Source: an uncultured delta proteobacterium (GTDB lineage Bacteria > Desulfobacterota > Desulfomonilia > UBA1062). From it: a DNA stretch of 64,000 bases. Position numbers and translations under genes: made by a program. How positions within the stretch are numbered: position 1 is the stretch's first letter; each line of letters begins with the position of its first letter. The notes below the pieces were generated by a model that searched no databases, was not told the origin of the DNA, and worked only from the letters and a program-made list of their open reading frames with translations. The DNA lies in NCBI GenBank assembly GCA_963798485.1, contig CAWCTR010000007.1:578043-642042 (forward strand). Direction: 5' to 3'. Positions 19,254-29,343 of the stretch are shown piece by piece.

Positions 19254-20531
19254 ATGGTTGCTGCGCTTGTAATCCTCTTTCTCATCATGGCATTCCTGGG
19301 CGCCCCCATGTTCGCAGTCCTGGCCGCCTTTGCGCTCCTGGGGTTTTACATTTCAGACATCCAGTTCGCCGCCTTGATCGTAGATATCTATAGCCAGTTC
19401 TCCAATCAGCCTGTGCTCTATACTATCCCTATCTTTACCTTTGGCGGGTTTATTCTGGCTGAGAGCAAGGCATCCATACGGGTCGTGAACTTTTCACAGT
19501 CCATCCTCGGGTGGCTCCCCGGCGGGCTCGCCATTGTCTCGCTCGTGGCCTGCGCCTTCTTCACCACCTTCACCGGCGCATCAGGGGTCACTATCATTGC
19601 GCTGGGCGGCCTGCTCTACCCGGCACTCATGAAGGAGAAATATTCCGACAACTTCAGCCTGGGCCTCCTGACAACCTCAGGCAGCCTCGGCCTGCTCTTC
19701 TTCCCGAGCCTGCCCATTATCATCTATGGGGTAGTGGCCGAAGCGAGCATTCCCCAGCTCTTTGCCGCAGGCCTCATTCCCGGCATCTTCCTCATCATCG
19801 TGCTATCCCTCTACAGTATCTTTGTGGCCAAGCGCTCCGGGGCAGCCAGGACAAAAACCTCGCTCAAAAAAATTATGCATGCAACGAACGAGGCCAAGTG
19901 GGAGCTGTTCATCCCGGTCATTCTTATGGTAGGTATCTTTGGCGGTATTGTGACGCTCGGCGAGGTGGCCTCCATCATGGTGGCATATGCCTTCATCGTG
20001 GAGGTTTTCATCCACAAGGACATCCGCATCAGAGCGTTCCCGGCCATCATCAGGGAGAGCATGATCCTGGTGGGCGCCATCTTCATTATCTTCGGCTCTG
20101 CGCTGGCGCTCACCACCTATATGATCGACGCCGAGATCCCCAGGCACATCCTGGAGTTCATACAGGCGCATATTGCCTCCAAGGTGGTCTTTCTCATAGC
20201 CTTGAATATCTTCCTGTTGTTTGCAGGCAGTCTCATGGAGATCTACGGGGCGCTTCTGGTGGTGGTTCCGCTCATTGTGCCGATTGCCAAGGAGTATGGC
20301 ATCAACCCCGTACACCTGGGCATCATTTTTCTGACAAACCTGGAAATCGGCTACTCCATGCCGCCTGTGGGCCTGAACCTGATCATCTCCTGCATCAGGT
20401 TCGAAAAGCCGGTGACAAAGCTCTACCAGGCGTGTTTTCCCTTTATCATCATGATGATTATTGCCCTGATGGTGATAACCTACTGCCCATGGATGAGCCT
20501 GGCGCTCATCGAGCGCTTCGGCATCCGCTAA
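19254..20531 (+). CDS. dctM: TRAP large permease
   Basis: Highly hydrophobic; FTGASGVTIIALGG, GINPVHLGIIF, PPVGLNL. Confidence 0.9.
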   Translation: MVAALVILFLIMAFLGAPMFAVLAAFALLGFYISDIQFAALIVDIYSQFSNQPVLYTIPIFTFGGFILAESKASIRVVNFSQSILGWLPGGLAIVSLVACAFFTTFTGASGVTIIALGGLLYPALMKEKYSDNFSLGLLTTSGSLGLLFFPSLPIIIYGVVAEASIPQLFAAGLIPGIFLIIVLSLYSIFVAKRSGAARTKTSLKKIMHATNEAKWELFIPVILMVGIFGGIVTLGEVASIMVAYAFIVEVFIHKDIRIRAFPAIIRESMILVGAIFIIFGSALALTTYMIDAEIPRHILEFIQAHIASKVVFLIALNIFLLFAGSLMEIYGALLVVVPLIVPIAKEYGINPVHLGIIFLTNLEIGYSMPPVGLNLIISCIRFEKPVTKLYQACFPFIIMMIIALMVITYCPWMSLALIERFGIR

Positions 20532-20543
20532 AGTTGACTAACC

Positions 20544-20981
20544 CTAGTTGATATCCAGGACCTCGATATCAAAGGTCAGATCCTTGCCTGCAAGGGGGTG
20601 GTTGGCATCCAGGGTGACTGTTTCTTCTTTCACCTCGACAACAATTACAGGGATCTCGTCTCCGTTTTCATCAACCAGCTTGAGCGTCATTCCCGCCTCC
20701 GGGACAATGTCTTCGGGAAAAGAATCAAAAGGCATGTCCACAACGAGCTCGTCCTTGTATGGGCCGTAGCCCTGCTCAGGTGCTATGGTGAAGGTCTTGA
20801 GCTCGCCCACGGCCATTCCTGTGGCAGCCTCTTCGAACCCCTGGATTACCTCGCCTGAACCGATCATAAACACAAGAGGCTCCCCCCCGACGGAGGTATC
20901 AAACTCAAACCCGTCTTCAAGTCTCCCCCGGTAATGGACCTTGACCGTGTCGCCCTGCTGGGCGGTTTTATTGATTAACAT
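20544..20981 (-). CDS. FKBP-type peptidyl-prolyl isomerase (SlyD/FkpB-like, no His-rich tail)
   Basis: VKVHYRGRLEDG, DANHPLAGKDLTFD. Confidence 0.92.
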   Translation of the reverse strand: MLINKTAQQGDTVKVHYRGRLEDGFEFDTSVGGEPLVFMIGSGEVIQGFEEAATGMAVGELKTFTIAPEQGYGPYKDELVVDMPFDSFPEDIVPEAGMTLKLVDENGDEIPVIVVEVKEETVTLDANHPLAGKDLTFDIEVLDIN

Positions 20982-21274
20982 TGCGAAGACCCCTTTCGTT
21001 TTCAATACAGATCAGGCCAAGCTATCAGATTCCATCTTGTGGAGCAAAATAAATTGTAACTATTCAGCCCTATTCCGCGCCACAGGGAAAAATAGCACGG
21101 AACAGGTTAAGCATCAGTCATGAAAAAAGAAGAATAGAGGCGGGCAGCGGAACTTCATATTGAAATTACCGACCCCTGTATTATACAAACCTACGATAGG
21201 GGATGCGGGTGTAGGACTCGAATAAAGTACAACTGCAAGACAAAGCATGGCATACAGAGAGGAAGGTAACTACT

Positions 21275-22162
21275 ATGATTGAAAGACAGGATATTCAATT
21301 CCCATCGAAAGGGCTGAATTGCGCCGGCTGGTTTTACCGGGCCGGGGTCAAAGACATCGCCCCCTGTATTGTCCTGGCTCACGGCTTTGGAGGTGTCAAG
21401 GAAATGCGCCTTGACGCCTATGCCGAGAAATTCGCCGAGGCCGGATACCACGCCCTGGTATTCGATTACCGGCATTTTGGCGGAAGCGAGGGCGAGCCCA
21501 GACAGATCCTGGACATAAAGAAGCAGCAACAGGATTGGCATGCGGCCATCAGGTTCGCCAGGGGGCTCTCCGGGGTGGACCCCCAAAGGATAATCCTCTG
21601 GGGCACATCATTCAGCGGCGGGCATGTCGTCGCCGTAGCAGTTCAGGAAAAGGACATTGCCGCGGTCATATCCCAGGTACCGCATATGGACGGAATTGCG
21701 ACGGCAGCGGCGGCCGGCCTGGTTCAGAACATCCGGCTTGGGATTGCCGCCTGGCGTGATATGGCGAACAAGCTCCTGCGCCGCCGCCCTTTTTATGTAC
21801 CTGCCGTCGGAGAGCCCGGCGAATTGGCAGCCATGACGGCACCCGGGGTGGTTGAAGGGGTGAAAAGGCTCTATCCGGAAGGGTTTATACCCAATGAGAA
21901 TATTGCTGCGCGGATTTTTCTCTTCGTGGGGCTTTTTTCACCGGGACGGCTGGCCCCGAAGCTTGGTATCCCCTGGCTGGTGCAGGTCGCTGCCAATGAC
22001 CTGACCACCCCCGTGAAACCGGCCATCAAGGCTGCCATGAAGGCGCCGAAAAGCCAGCTCATCGTCTACAAGTGCGGCCACTTCGATGTATATGTCGAGC
22101 CGCGTTTTGAACAGACGGTTCGCGATCAGATAACATTCCTCAACAGCTTGAAGTTATGCTGA
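21275..22162 (+). CDS. Alpha/beta hydrolase
   Basis: LAHGFGG, FDYRHFGGSEGEPR, nucleophile elbow GTSFSGG, GHFDVY. Confidence 0.88.
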   Translation: MIERQDIQFPSKGLNCAGWFYRAGVKDIAPCIVLAHGFGGVKEMRLDAYAEKFAEAGYHALVFDYRHFGGSEGEPRQILDIKKQQQDWHAAIRFARGLSGVDPQRIILWGTSFSGGHVVAVAVQEKDIAAVISQVPHMDGIATAAAAGLVQNIRLGIAAWRDMANKLLRRRPFYVPAVGEPGELAAMTAPGVVEGVKRLYPEGFIPNENIAARIFLFVGLFSPGRLAPKLGIPWLVQVAANDLTTPVKPAIKAAMKAPKSQLIVYKCGHFDVYVEPRFEQTVRDQITFLNSLKLC

Positions 22163-22258
22163 ACGGTTCTTGGTCACAGTATGAAGTCCGTTGAAAGAAA
22201 TCGAGATCTCCGTTCCGTGACAATGGACTTAATGATCCGTCTGTCATTGTCTCCATCC

Positions 22259-23323
22259 CTAGACCGCTGCACGGTTGTATTGAACAGGCCAGCTGATCTG
22301 CTCCTTCAGCTCGGCCGCAGCGTGCAACGGCCAGTAGGGATCTCGCAGGAATTGCCTGGCTATCACCACTACGTCGGCCTGGCCGGTTCTGATGATGGTC
22401 TCTGCCTGCTGGGGCGAGACGATTAAACCCAATGCGCCGGTCATGATCCCGGCTTCCTTACGGATACGCTCGGCAAACCCCACCTGGAAGCCCGGGCCTG
22501 CGGGTATCCGGGCATATGGCACGATATTACCCGATGAACAGTCGATAAGATCGACACCCTCGGGTTTAAGGATACGTGAGAGCTCTACTGACTGATCGAG
22601 ATCCCAGCCTTCAGGTTCGAGCCAGTCAGTGGCGGAGATCCGCACAAATACCGGGAGCCCTTCCGGCCATACCCTGCGCACTGCCCTCACGACCTCCAAT
22701 AACATGCGGACTCGATTTTTAAATGTTCCGCCGTAATCATCCGTACGCTTGTTGGAAATTGGTGAAAGGAATTCATTGATAAGATATCCATGGGCTGCGT
22801 GCACCTCGACCACCTTGAATCCGGCCTGGAACGCCCGCTGAGCGGCCATGGCAAAAGAGTGTACCGCCTCGGCGATTTCTTGGGCCGTTAATTCCTCGGG
22901 AACTGCATGGTTCGGTGAAAAGGCTATGGCGCTGGGCGCGACCACCGGCTTCCATCCGCCATGGGCTTCATCGACAAAGGAGTCCCCTTCCCAGGGTCTG
23001 TAAGTCGATCCCTTACGCCCGGCATGGGCCAGCTGCATTCCGGCAATCCCGCCTTGGGCCTCGATGAATGCGGTTATGCGCTGAAGCTGCGGGATATGCT
23101 CGTCTTTCCAGATACCCAGGTCCTGAGGGCTGATACGGCCCCTCGCCTCCACGGCCGTGGCTTCGGTGATGACGAGTCCGGCCCCGCCGACTGCCCTGCT
23201 GCCCAGGTGCACCAGATGCCAGTCACCGGCAAAACCGTCTTTGCTGGAATATTGGCACATAGGCGAAACGACGATCCGGTTCCGCAGGGTTATGCCGCGG
23301 ATCTTCAATGAATCGAATAGCAT
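22259..23323 (-). CDS. NADH:flavin oxidoreductase (YqjM/NamA-type OYE)
   Basis: VSPMCQYS, QLAHAGRK, EVHAAHGYL, LRDPYWP. Confidence 0.92.
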   Translation of the reverse strand: MLFDSLKIRGITLRNRIVVSPMCQYSSKDGFAGDWHLVHLGSRAVGGAGLVITEATAVEARGRISPQDLGIWKDEHIPQLQRITAFIEAQGGIAGMQLAHAGRKGSTYRPWEGDSFVDEAHGGWKPVVAPSAIAFSPNHAVPEELTAQEIAEAVHSFAMAAQRAFQAGFKVVEVHAAHGYLINEFLSPISNKRTDDYGGTFKNRVRMLLEVVRAVRRVWPEGLPVFVRISATDWLEPEGWDLDQSVELSRILKPEGVDLIDCSSGNIVPYARIPAGPGFQVGFAERIRKEAGIMTGALGLIVSPQQAETIIRTGQADVVVIARQFLRDPYWPLHAAAELKEQISWPVQYNRAAV

Positions 23324-23490
23324 GGAATACCTCCGTGAAGATTTATCACCCGGCTGCTGTTAAAATAAACGTGATATTCAGAGAGTTTAATAATTGTATT
23401 CATAGAGTTGTCAAGGAGAGAGTCCCCCAATCAATGGCTATGCCTTGTCTGTGCGTTTTCCGGCAATGCAGTGTATGGACCAAAAATAAA

Positions 23491-23545
23491 GGGGTCTTGT
23501 TATTTGCTTTTCATAATCCGGTAAGCAAAAGGCAAGACCTGACCC
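23491..23545. repeat. REPIN-like inverted repeat (GGGGTC..TTGC / GCAAGACCTGACCC family)
   Basis: GGGGTCTTGTTATTTGCTT ... AAGCAAAAGGCAAGACCTGACCC; left arm partly deleted. Confidence 0.55.
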
Positions 23546-23583
23546 TATCAGCTCCCAGGGTATTTTTCTCGAATATGGCGGGT

Positions 23584-23904
23584 TCAGGTCTTCAAGTCTG
23601 TCTTGAGATTCTCATACTGCTCTTTTGTAATCTCGCCTCTTGCATAGCGTTTTTTTACGATATCCAGCGGGGTGTCCTGGTCTGCGTGGGCCTCGCGGTG
23701 GTACCGGGCATTTCGTGCAATAAGGTAAACCAGGGCGATAAGGAGTATGAAGAGGGGTATCATCATGAAGTGGCCCGGGTGCCACATATATCCTCCCGGG
23801 CCGCTGCCGCCGAAATAACCATATCCAGGGCATTGTCCGTAAAGGCCGTAAAGGGATGTTCCGTACTGTACTATCCGGGTGTATGCATTTATTATGCTGT
23901 CCAT
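23584..23904 (-). CDS. SHOCT-domain small membrane protein
   Basis: One TM helix then PLDIVKKRYARGEITKEQY. Confidence 0.85.
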   Translation of the reverse strand: MDSIINAYTRIVQYGTSLYGLYGQCPGYGYFGGSGPGGYMWHPGHFMMIPLFILLIALVYLIARNARYHREAHADQDTPLDIVKKRYARGEITKEQYENLKTDLKT

Positions 23905-24085
23905 AGTGTATCACCTCTTTCTTAGGAGTTGTGCCTTTCATATGGTCTGCATTGCATAAAGTCCAGGGGGTGGTATGCCGATGAATTCAGTACAGAAAGA
24001 ATGCAGGCTGTCTTCACAAGCGACTTATCATGATGTATGGTGGCCGCGATTGATCTCTTTATGGTTAAAAAAGGGGATATGCTTC

Positions 24086-24526
24086 ATGAAAGCAGTTACT
24101 TCATCGGATTTATTGCAGGCAGAGAAACAGGTTATGGCCGGGGTCTACGGCAGGCTGAACAACCGTTACAGAAGGCGTTTCCCGGGCGATACCGTATCGG
24201 CCCTCGCACGCGCCGTTACGTGGGTCCTCTTCAATATTGAACCTGAAGATGAGGCTGCCCTTCAATTCACATCGGTTTATCAAGATATTATCGATACCGA
24301 GATGAAAAATCTCAGGGAAGATGAGGAAATCAGGAGGGTTGTGACCGACACAATCGTGCTCAAGGCCGTGTTCCTCCACCGGCAACTGGGCTGTAAAGAC
24401 GATTCCTACATGAAGACAATCGAGCACCTGAAGCTCTCCGGCATCTTCCTGGAGGGAGAGAAACCGCCTACGCCCAAGGGCTATATCGAGATGGCCAAGG
24501 AGTTCTATTCAACAACACCGTGGTAA
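24086..24526 (+). CDS. Hypothetical protein
   Basis: 146-aa ORF with AAGGGGA SD-like sequence; no recognised motif. Confidence 0.6.
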   Translation: MKAVTSSDLLQAEKQVMAGVYGRLNNRYRRRFPGDTVSALARAVTWVLFNIEPEDEAALQFTSVYQDIIDTEMKNLREDEEIRRVVTDTIVLKAVFLHRQLGCKDDSYMKTIEHLKLSGIFLEGEKPPTPKGYIEMAKEFYSTTPW

Positions 24527-24652
24527 TGAAGGTGCGGCAAAAGGATCGAACGTTCTTTAGTTTGTCTTTCATCAAATAGCTTATGAGATTGATTAAAAGG
24601 TCCGGTTTCTATATAGTCTGCGGTTACACCGACAAATAGGGGGAGTTACTCC

Positions 24653-26443
24653 ATGAGTACAGGCATCAAACACGAACGGCTGGGCAAGTGGGTTTCCGAG
24701 GTGGCTGATATGTGCAGGCCCGAATCGGTCATCTGGTGCGACGGCAGCAAAGAGGAATACGGCCGCCTCATGGCGGGCATGGTTGCAAGCGGCATGGCAA
24801 CCCAGCTTAAGAAGCGGCTGGGCAGCTTCCTTTTCCGCTCGGACCCGAGCGATGTCGCCAGGGTGGAAGATCGCACGTACATCAGCACGCCTGATAAGAA
24901 TGAAGCAGGCCCCACCAACAACTGGGTCGATCCGGCAGGGCTTAAACAGACCATGAAGGCGCTTTACAAGGGGTGCATGAAGGGTAGGGCCATGTATGTG
25001 ATCCCGTTTTCCATGGGTCCCATCGGGTCGCCTATCAGCAAGATCGGCATTGAGATCACGGACAGCCCGTATGTCGTGTGCAACATGCACATCATGACCC
25101 GTGTGGGCACAAAGGTAATAGAGGCCCTGGGCAGCCACGGCGAGTTCATCCCCTGCGTCCATTCCGTGGGTGCACCGCTGGAGCCGGGTCAGAAAGACGA
25201 AGTGTGGCCCTGTGCACCTATCGAGAAGAAGTACATCAGCCATTTCCCGGATGAAAACCTCATTTGGTCCTACGGTTCCGGCTACGGCGGCAACGCCCTA
25301 TTAGGCAAGAAGTGTCTGGCGCTGCGCATCGCATCCGCCATGGCACGAAGGGAAGGGTGGATGGCCGAGCATATGCTCATCTTACGCCTGACAAACCCCG
25401 AGGGCGCGCAATACCATATCGCCGCTGCCTTCCCGTCCGCCTGCGGCAAGACGAACCTGGCCATGCTCCAGCCCACCATTAAAGGCTGGAAGTGTGAGAC
25501 CATCGGCGACGATATCTCCTGGATGAAGACCGGCCCTGACGGCAGGCTCTATGCCATCAACCCAGAGGCAGGGTTCTTCGGCGTGGCGCCGGGCACCTCC
25601 TATACTTCAAACCCCATGGCCATGGATACCCTGCACGAAAACTGCATCTACACCAACTGCGCACTCACCGACGATGGCGACATCTGGTGGGAGGGGATGG
25701 ACGGCGAGCCCCCAGCGCACGCCATTGACTGGAAGGGTCGCGACTGGACGCCTGATAAGAAAGAGGTGGCGGCCCATGCCAATGCCCGCTTCACCGCGCC
25801 TGCCAAACAATGCCCGTGTATCTGCGCCGACTGGGAAAAGCCCGAGGGCGTACCCATCGATATCTTCGTCTTCGGCGGCAGGAGGGCAGGGGTAGTGCCG
25901 CTTGTGAATGAGGCATATGGCTGGGACCACGGCGTATTCCTGGGCGCGACGGCCTCTTCGGAGACGACAGCGGCCAATATCGGAGACATCGGGGCCCTCA
26001 GGCGCGACCCGTTTGCCATGAAGCCATTCTGCGGCTATAACATGGGCGACTACTTCCAGCACTGGCTGAATATGGGCGACGCTCTGGGCAAGAACGCCCC
26101 GCGTATCTTCTATGTCAACTGGTTCCGCAAAAGCTCTTCAGGAAAGTTCCTCTGGCCGGGCTTCGGCGAGAACAGCAGGGTATTGAAATGGATGTGCGAC
26201 CGCATCGACGGCAAGGCCGGCGCCCGTGAGACGGCAATCGGCCTGCTGCCAAATGAAGGCGACCTCGACCTGAAGGGTCTGAACATCGCACAGGAAAACC
26301 TGCACGAACTCCTGAAGGTTGACAAGGATGTGTGGAAGGCCGAGATACCAAGCCTGGAGGAGCACTTTGCCCAGTTCAAGGACAGGCTGCCCCAGCGCAT
26401 TATGCAGCAGCTCGATGCCCTGAAAGGACGGCTGAACAAGTAG
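24653..26443 (+). CDS. pckG: Phosphoenolpyruvate carboxykinase (GTP)
   Basis: [40 protein letters not shown]. Confidence 0.97.
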   Translation: MSTGIKHERLGKWVSEVADMCRPESVIWCDGSKEEYGRLMAGMVASGMATQLKKRLGSFLFRSDPSDVARVEDRTYISTPDKNEAGPTNNWVDPAGLKQTMKALYKGCMKGRAMYVIPFSMGPIGSPISKIGIEITDSPYVVCNMHIMTRVGTKVIEALGSHGEFIPCVHSVGAPLEPGQKDEVWPCAPIEKKYISHFPDENLIWSYGSGYGGNALLGKKCLALRIASAMARREGWMAEHMLILRLTNPEGAQYHIAAAFPSACGKTNLAMLQPTIKGWKCETIGDDISWMKTGPDGRLYAINPEAGFFGVAPGTSYTSNPMAMDTLHENCIYTNCALTDDGDIWWEGMDGEPPAHAIDWKGRDWTPDKKEVAAHANARFTAPAKQCPCICADWEKPEGVPIDIFVFGGRRAGVVPLVNEAYGWDHGVFLGATASSETTAANIGDIGALRRDPFAMKPFCGYNMGDYFQHWLNMGDALGKNAPRIFYVNWFRKSSSGKFLWPGFGENSRVLKWMCDRIDGKAGARETAIGLLPNEGDLDLKGLNIAQENLHELLKVDKDVWKAEIPSLEEHFAQFKDRLPQRIMQQLDALKGRLNK

Positions 26444-26502
26444 AGACAAACACAAGAAAAGACCACCGGCAGGGGTCGTGCATCATTTTCATGCGAACAC
26501 CA

Positions 26503-26607
26503 GTAGGTTGGGTTGAACTTGTGAAACCCAACAACAAGACTTAAAATAGCATCCATTCAAATATTCAGATCTTGATGTGTTGGGTTTCGTTCCTCAACCC
26601 AACCTAC
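26503..26607. repeat. GTAG-type REPIN (inverted REP doublet)
   Basis: GTAGGTTGGGTTGAACTTGTGAAACCCAAC ... GTTGGGTTTCGTTCCTCAACCCAACCTAC. Confidence 0.75.
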
Positions 26608-26621
26608 TGACTTACTAATCG

Positions 26622-26713
26622 GTCATTGCGAGGAGCCGAAGGCGACGTGGCAATCTCGATAAAACCAGAGAAGTGCCAAGATGCAGGGATTGTTTCGCTG
26701 CGCTCGCAATTAC
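26622..26713. repeat. GTCATTGCGAG-type REP doublet
   Basis: GTCATTGCGAGGAGCCGAAGGCGACGTGGCAATCTC ... GGGATTGTTTCGCTGCGCTCGCAATTAC. Confidence 0.7.
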
Positions 26714-26850
26714 TGACATAGGGTTATGCAAAGGTCTCAGGTGTCAAGCGCGGTCCCTGCCGTTTCTTTCTCTGGCTACCTGACTTTTACGAGCCTTATT
26801 GACTCCATATGCCATAGGATTGTATGACAATAAGGCGAATGAGGAGGCTT

Positions 26851-27966
26851 ATGAATCCGCATCCTGAAATAATGCCTTTTGTGGAATCAGTGAAGTTCAA
26901 AGGTTCTCGTCTCAAAGATGCAGCCTCTCAGGGAAGGAAGGTCATCGGCTACTTCTGCACCTACACCCCCATCGAGATCATCCATGCGAGCGGGTTTTTG
27001 CCGGTGCGTATCTGGGGCGGGACCGGCCGGATTGAGAAGGCCTATTCGCTGGTGCCGAACTTTATCTGTCCGTATATGAGGCTTTCCCTGGAAGGGGCCT
27101 TGAACAATGAGTTCTCGTTTCTGTCCGGGATCGTGCAGGGATATACCTGTGATGTGGCCTGTGGGGTTGTAAATATCTGGAAGGATAACTTCAGTATGGA
27201 ACTCTGCCACAGCCTGCCTTTACCCTATAACGACAACCGGGATGCACGCGCATTCCTGCAGGCCGGCATTGAGGAACTCGCTGTAAAGCTGACGCGGATA
27301 GGGGGCAGCCTCACGGATGAATCCCTCACAGACTCGCTTGAGCTTTATGAAGAGATAAGGACGATCCTTGCATGGATATTCAAAAGACGCGCCAAGGGCA
27401 ACCTGCCGCTTACCGCCAATGATGTCCTGAGCGTTGTGCAGGCATACTTTGTCACGCCGCCCCAAGAGTACCTGGGAATGCTCAAAGGTTTGATGGCGTA
27501 CCTGAAGGACGCCCCTGTAGCAATAACCAAAGGAACAGCGGTCCTCGTATCGGGTAGCGTCATCGAGGATGTACAAGCCTTTGCGATCATCGAGCGCCTT
27601 GGCTTCAAGGTTGTTGCCGATGATCTCTGTACGGGCCGGCGTGGCTTCATGCCCATTGCCGGGCAAGGGGAGACACCCATGGAGCGGCTAATAGACAGGA
27701 TCATGAACAGGTTTCCCTGCCCCTCGCGATCGCACGCAAAAGTCAGGGTGCCGCTCCTCATGGAACTCATCAGGGCATCTCAAGCAAAGGGGGTCATCTT
27801 CGTATTTCAGAAGTTCTGCACGCCGCACCTGGCAGATCACCCCATGGTTGCACAAGGATTAAAAGATGCAGGTATCCCCAGCATAGCAATCGAGATGGAT
27901 GAGTCCGGGCTCATGGAGGCACAGGCGGCGACAAGGCTGGAGACCTTTTGGGGCATGCTGGGGTAA
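26851..27966 (+). CDS. 2-hydroxyacyl-CoA dehydratase / benzoyl-CoA reductase subunit family (HgdB/FldC-like)
   Basis: IGYFCTYTPIEIIHA, FICPY, TCD, DDLCTG, KFCTPH. Confidence 0.88.
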   Translation: MNPHPEIMPFVESVKFKGSRLKDAASQGRKVIGYFCTYTPIEIIHASGFLPVRIWGGTGRIEKAYSLVPNFICPYMRLSLEGALNNEFSFLSGIVQGYTCDVACGVVNIWKDNFSMELCHSLPLPYNDNRDARAFLQAGIEELAVKLTRIGGSLTDESLTDSLELYEEIRTILAWIFKRRAKGNLPLTANDVLSVVQAYFVTPPQEYLGMLKGLMAYLKDAPVAITKGTAVLVSGSVIEDVQAFAIIERLGFKVVADDLCTGRRGFMPIAGQGETPMERLIDRIMNRFPCPSRSHAKVRVPLLMELIRASQAKGVIFVFQKFCTPHLADHPMVAQGLKDAGIPSIAIEMDESGLMEAQAATRLETFWGMLG

Positions 27967-27982
27967 TAAATGGGGCAATAAG

Positions 27983-29230
27983 ATGGAAACGAACCGGAAG
28001 TCCACGAAACGCTTAAACACGGCCAAAGACCTCGCAAAAGTGGTGGCGGAATATTACCTCGAGTGCCACCAGGCCAAGGCCTCGGGTAAGCCCGTCGGCT
28101 GGATGCCCCCCATGAACGGGGCCATAGAGGTATTTTATGCCATGGACCTGCAACCGGTCTTCCCGGAGAACTGGTCGCCCGTGTGCGCGGCCTTCGGGCT
28201 GACGCCCGCCAACTTCGAGGTCTCCGAGCGCCTGGGCTATTCGGGCGATCTGTGCGGATATCTGCGCAATATCGTAGGCTATGTGCATGGCGACATGAAC
28301 GGCCCTGCTGTCCCGCTTGGCGGCCTGCCCGAGCCGGACATGGTCCTGTCCTTCGGCGGCGGGTGCATACCGGCCATGAAGATCTTCCAGATCATGGAAG
28401 AACGTTTTCCCAAGGCAAAGGTCTTTAGGGCGGACGGTCCCCAGGTGGCGGTGGAGGACATCCGTGACCACCATGTGGCCTATGCGGTGAGCGAGATACA
28501 CCGGCTCATAGATTTCCTCGAAGAGACAACCGGCAGAAGGCTCGACATGGCAAGGCTTGCCGACGTGGTAGAGCTCTCGGACAGGGCATGCCTGCTCTGG
28601 GACGAGATCATGTCTTACCGGCGGTTCATACCCACCCCTATCTCGGCAGCCGAGATCGGCATCATGTTCGTCATGGTCACCAGGCAGGGCACGCAAATCG
28701 CCGTGGACTTCCTCAAAGGGGTGCGTGACGAGGTCAAACAAAGGGCAGAGGCGGGAATCGGCGTCATCGAGAACGAGAAGATCAGGCTCTTCTGGGATAA
28801 TATCCCGCTGTGGTACAACATGGGCCTGTTCAACTACTTCGAGAAGATGGGCGGCGTGATGGTTGCCGAGACCTATTCTGCAGCCTGGTCGCTCAGGCTT
28901 GACACGAAAGACCCCATCGAGGCCCTTGCAAGGAAGGGCCTCATGTCGTATTCGCTGGTCTCGTGTTTATCCGTGGATCGCCGCAAGGAGATGGTGCTTA
29001 AGGCCTGCCGCGACTACAAGATCGACGGCGCCGTGTTCCACCAGAACAAGTCGTGCGCACCCATCACGTTGGGCCAGGCGGATATCCGTAAGGCCTTATC
29101 CCATGAACTCGGCATCCCTTCCATCACCATCGATGCAGACCATATGGACAGCCGTAACTTCTCCTTTGCCCAGTTCCAGACCAGGGCCGACGCGTTCATG
29201 GAGATGCTGCTCCAGAAGAAGCAAGGCTGA
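27983..29230 (+). CDS. 2-hydroxyacyl-CoA dehydratase subunit family (HgdA/FldB-like)
   Basis: FPENW, GYSGDLCGY, HQNKSC, IDADHMD, QTRADAF. Confidence 0.88.
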   Translation: METNRKSTKRLNTAKDLAKVVAEYYLECHQAKASGKPVGWMPPMNGAIEVFYAMDLQPVFPENWSPVCAAFGLTPANFEVSERLGYSGDLCGYLRNIVGYVHGDMNGPAVPLGGLPEPDMVLSFGGGCIPAMKIFQIMEERFPKAKVFRADGPQVAVEDIRDHHVAYAVSEIHRLIDFLEETTGRRLDMARLADVVELSDRACLLWDEIMSYRRFIPTPISAAEIGIMFVMVTRQGTQIAVDFLKGVRDEVKQRAEAGIGVIENEKIRLFWDNIPLWYNMGLFNYFEKMGGVMVAETYSAAWSLRLDTKDPIEALARKGLMSYSLVSCLSVDRRKEMVLKACRDYKIDGAVFHQNKSCAPITLGQADIRKALSHELGIPSITIDADHMDSRNFSFAQFQTRADAFMEMLLQKKQG

Positions 29231-29343
29231 AAACCACTCTTTATTATAAAATAATTCATCTTTATTATAGTGAATAGTGAGAGTATTAATTAATTTACCA
29301 TTAAGTATTGAAACAGTCCTATATTTCTTAAGGGGAGGTTTCT

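Noticed and set aside
19511-20551. 346-aa alternative-frame ORF over dctM, and similar long shadow ORFs over polA, lon and pckG
   Set aside because: Out-of-frame or antisense ORFs expected from GC-rich codon bias; low-complexity Arg/His/Pro content
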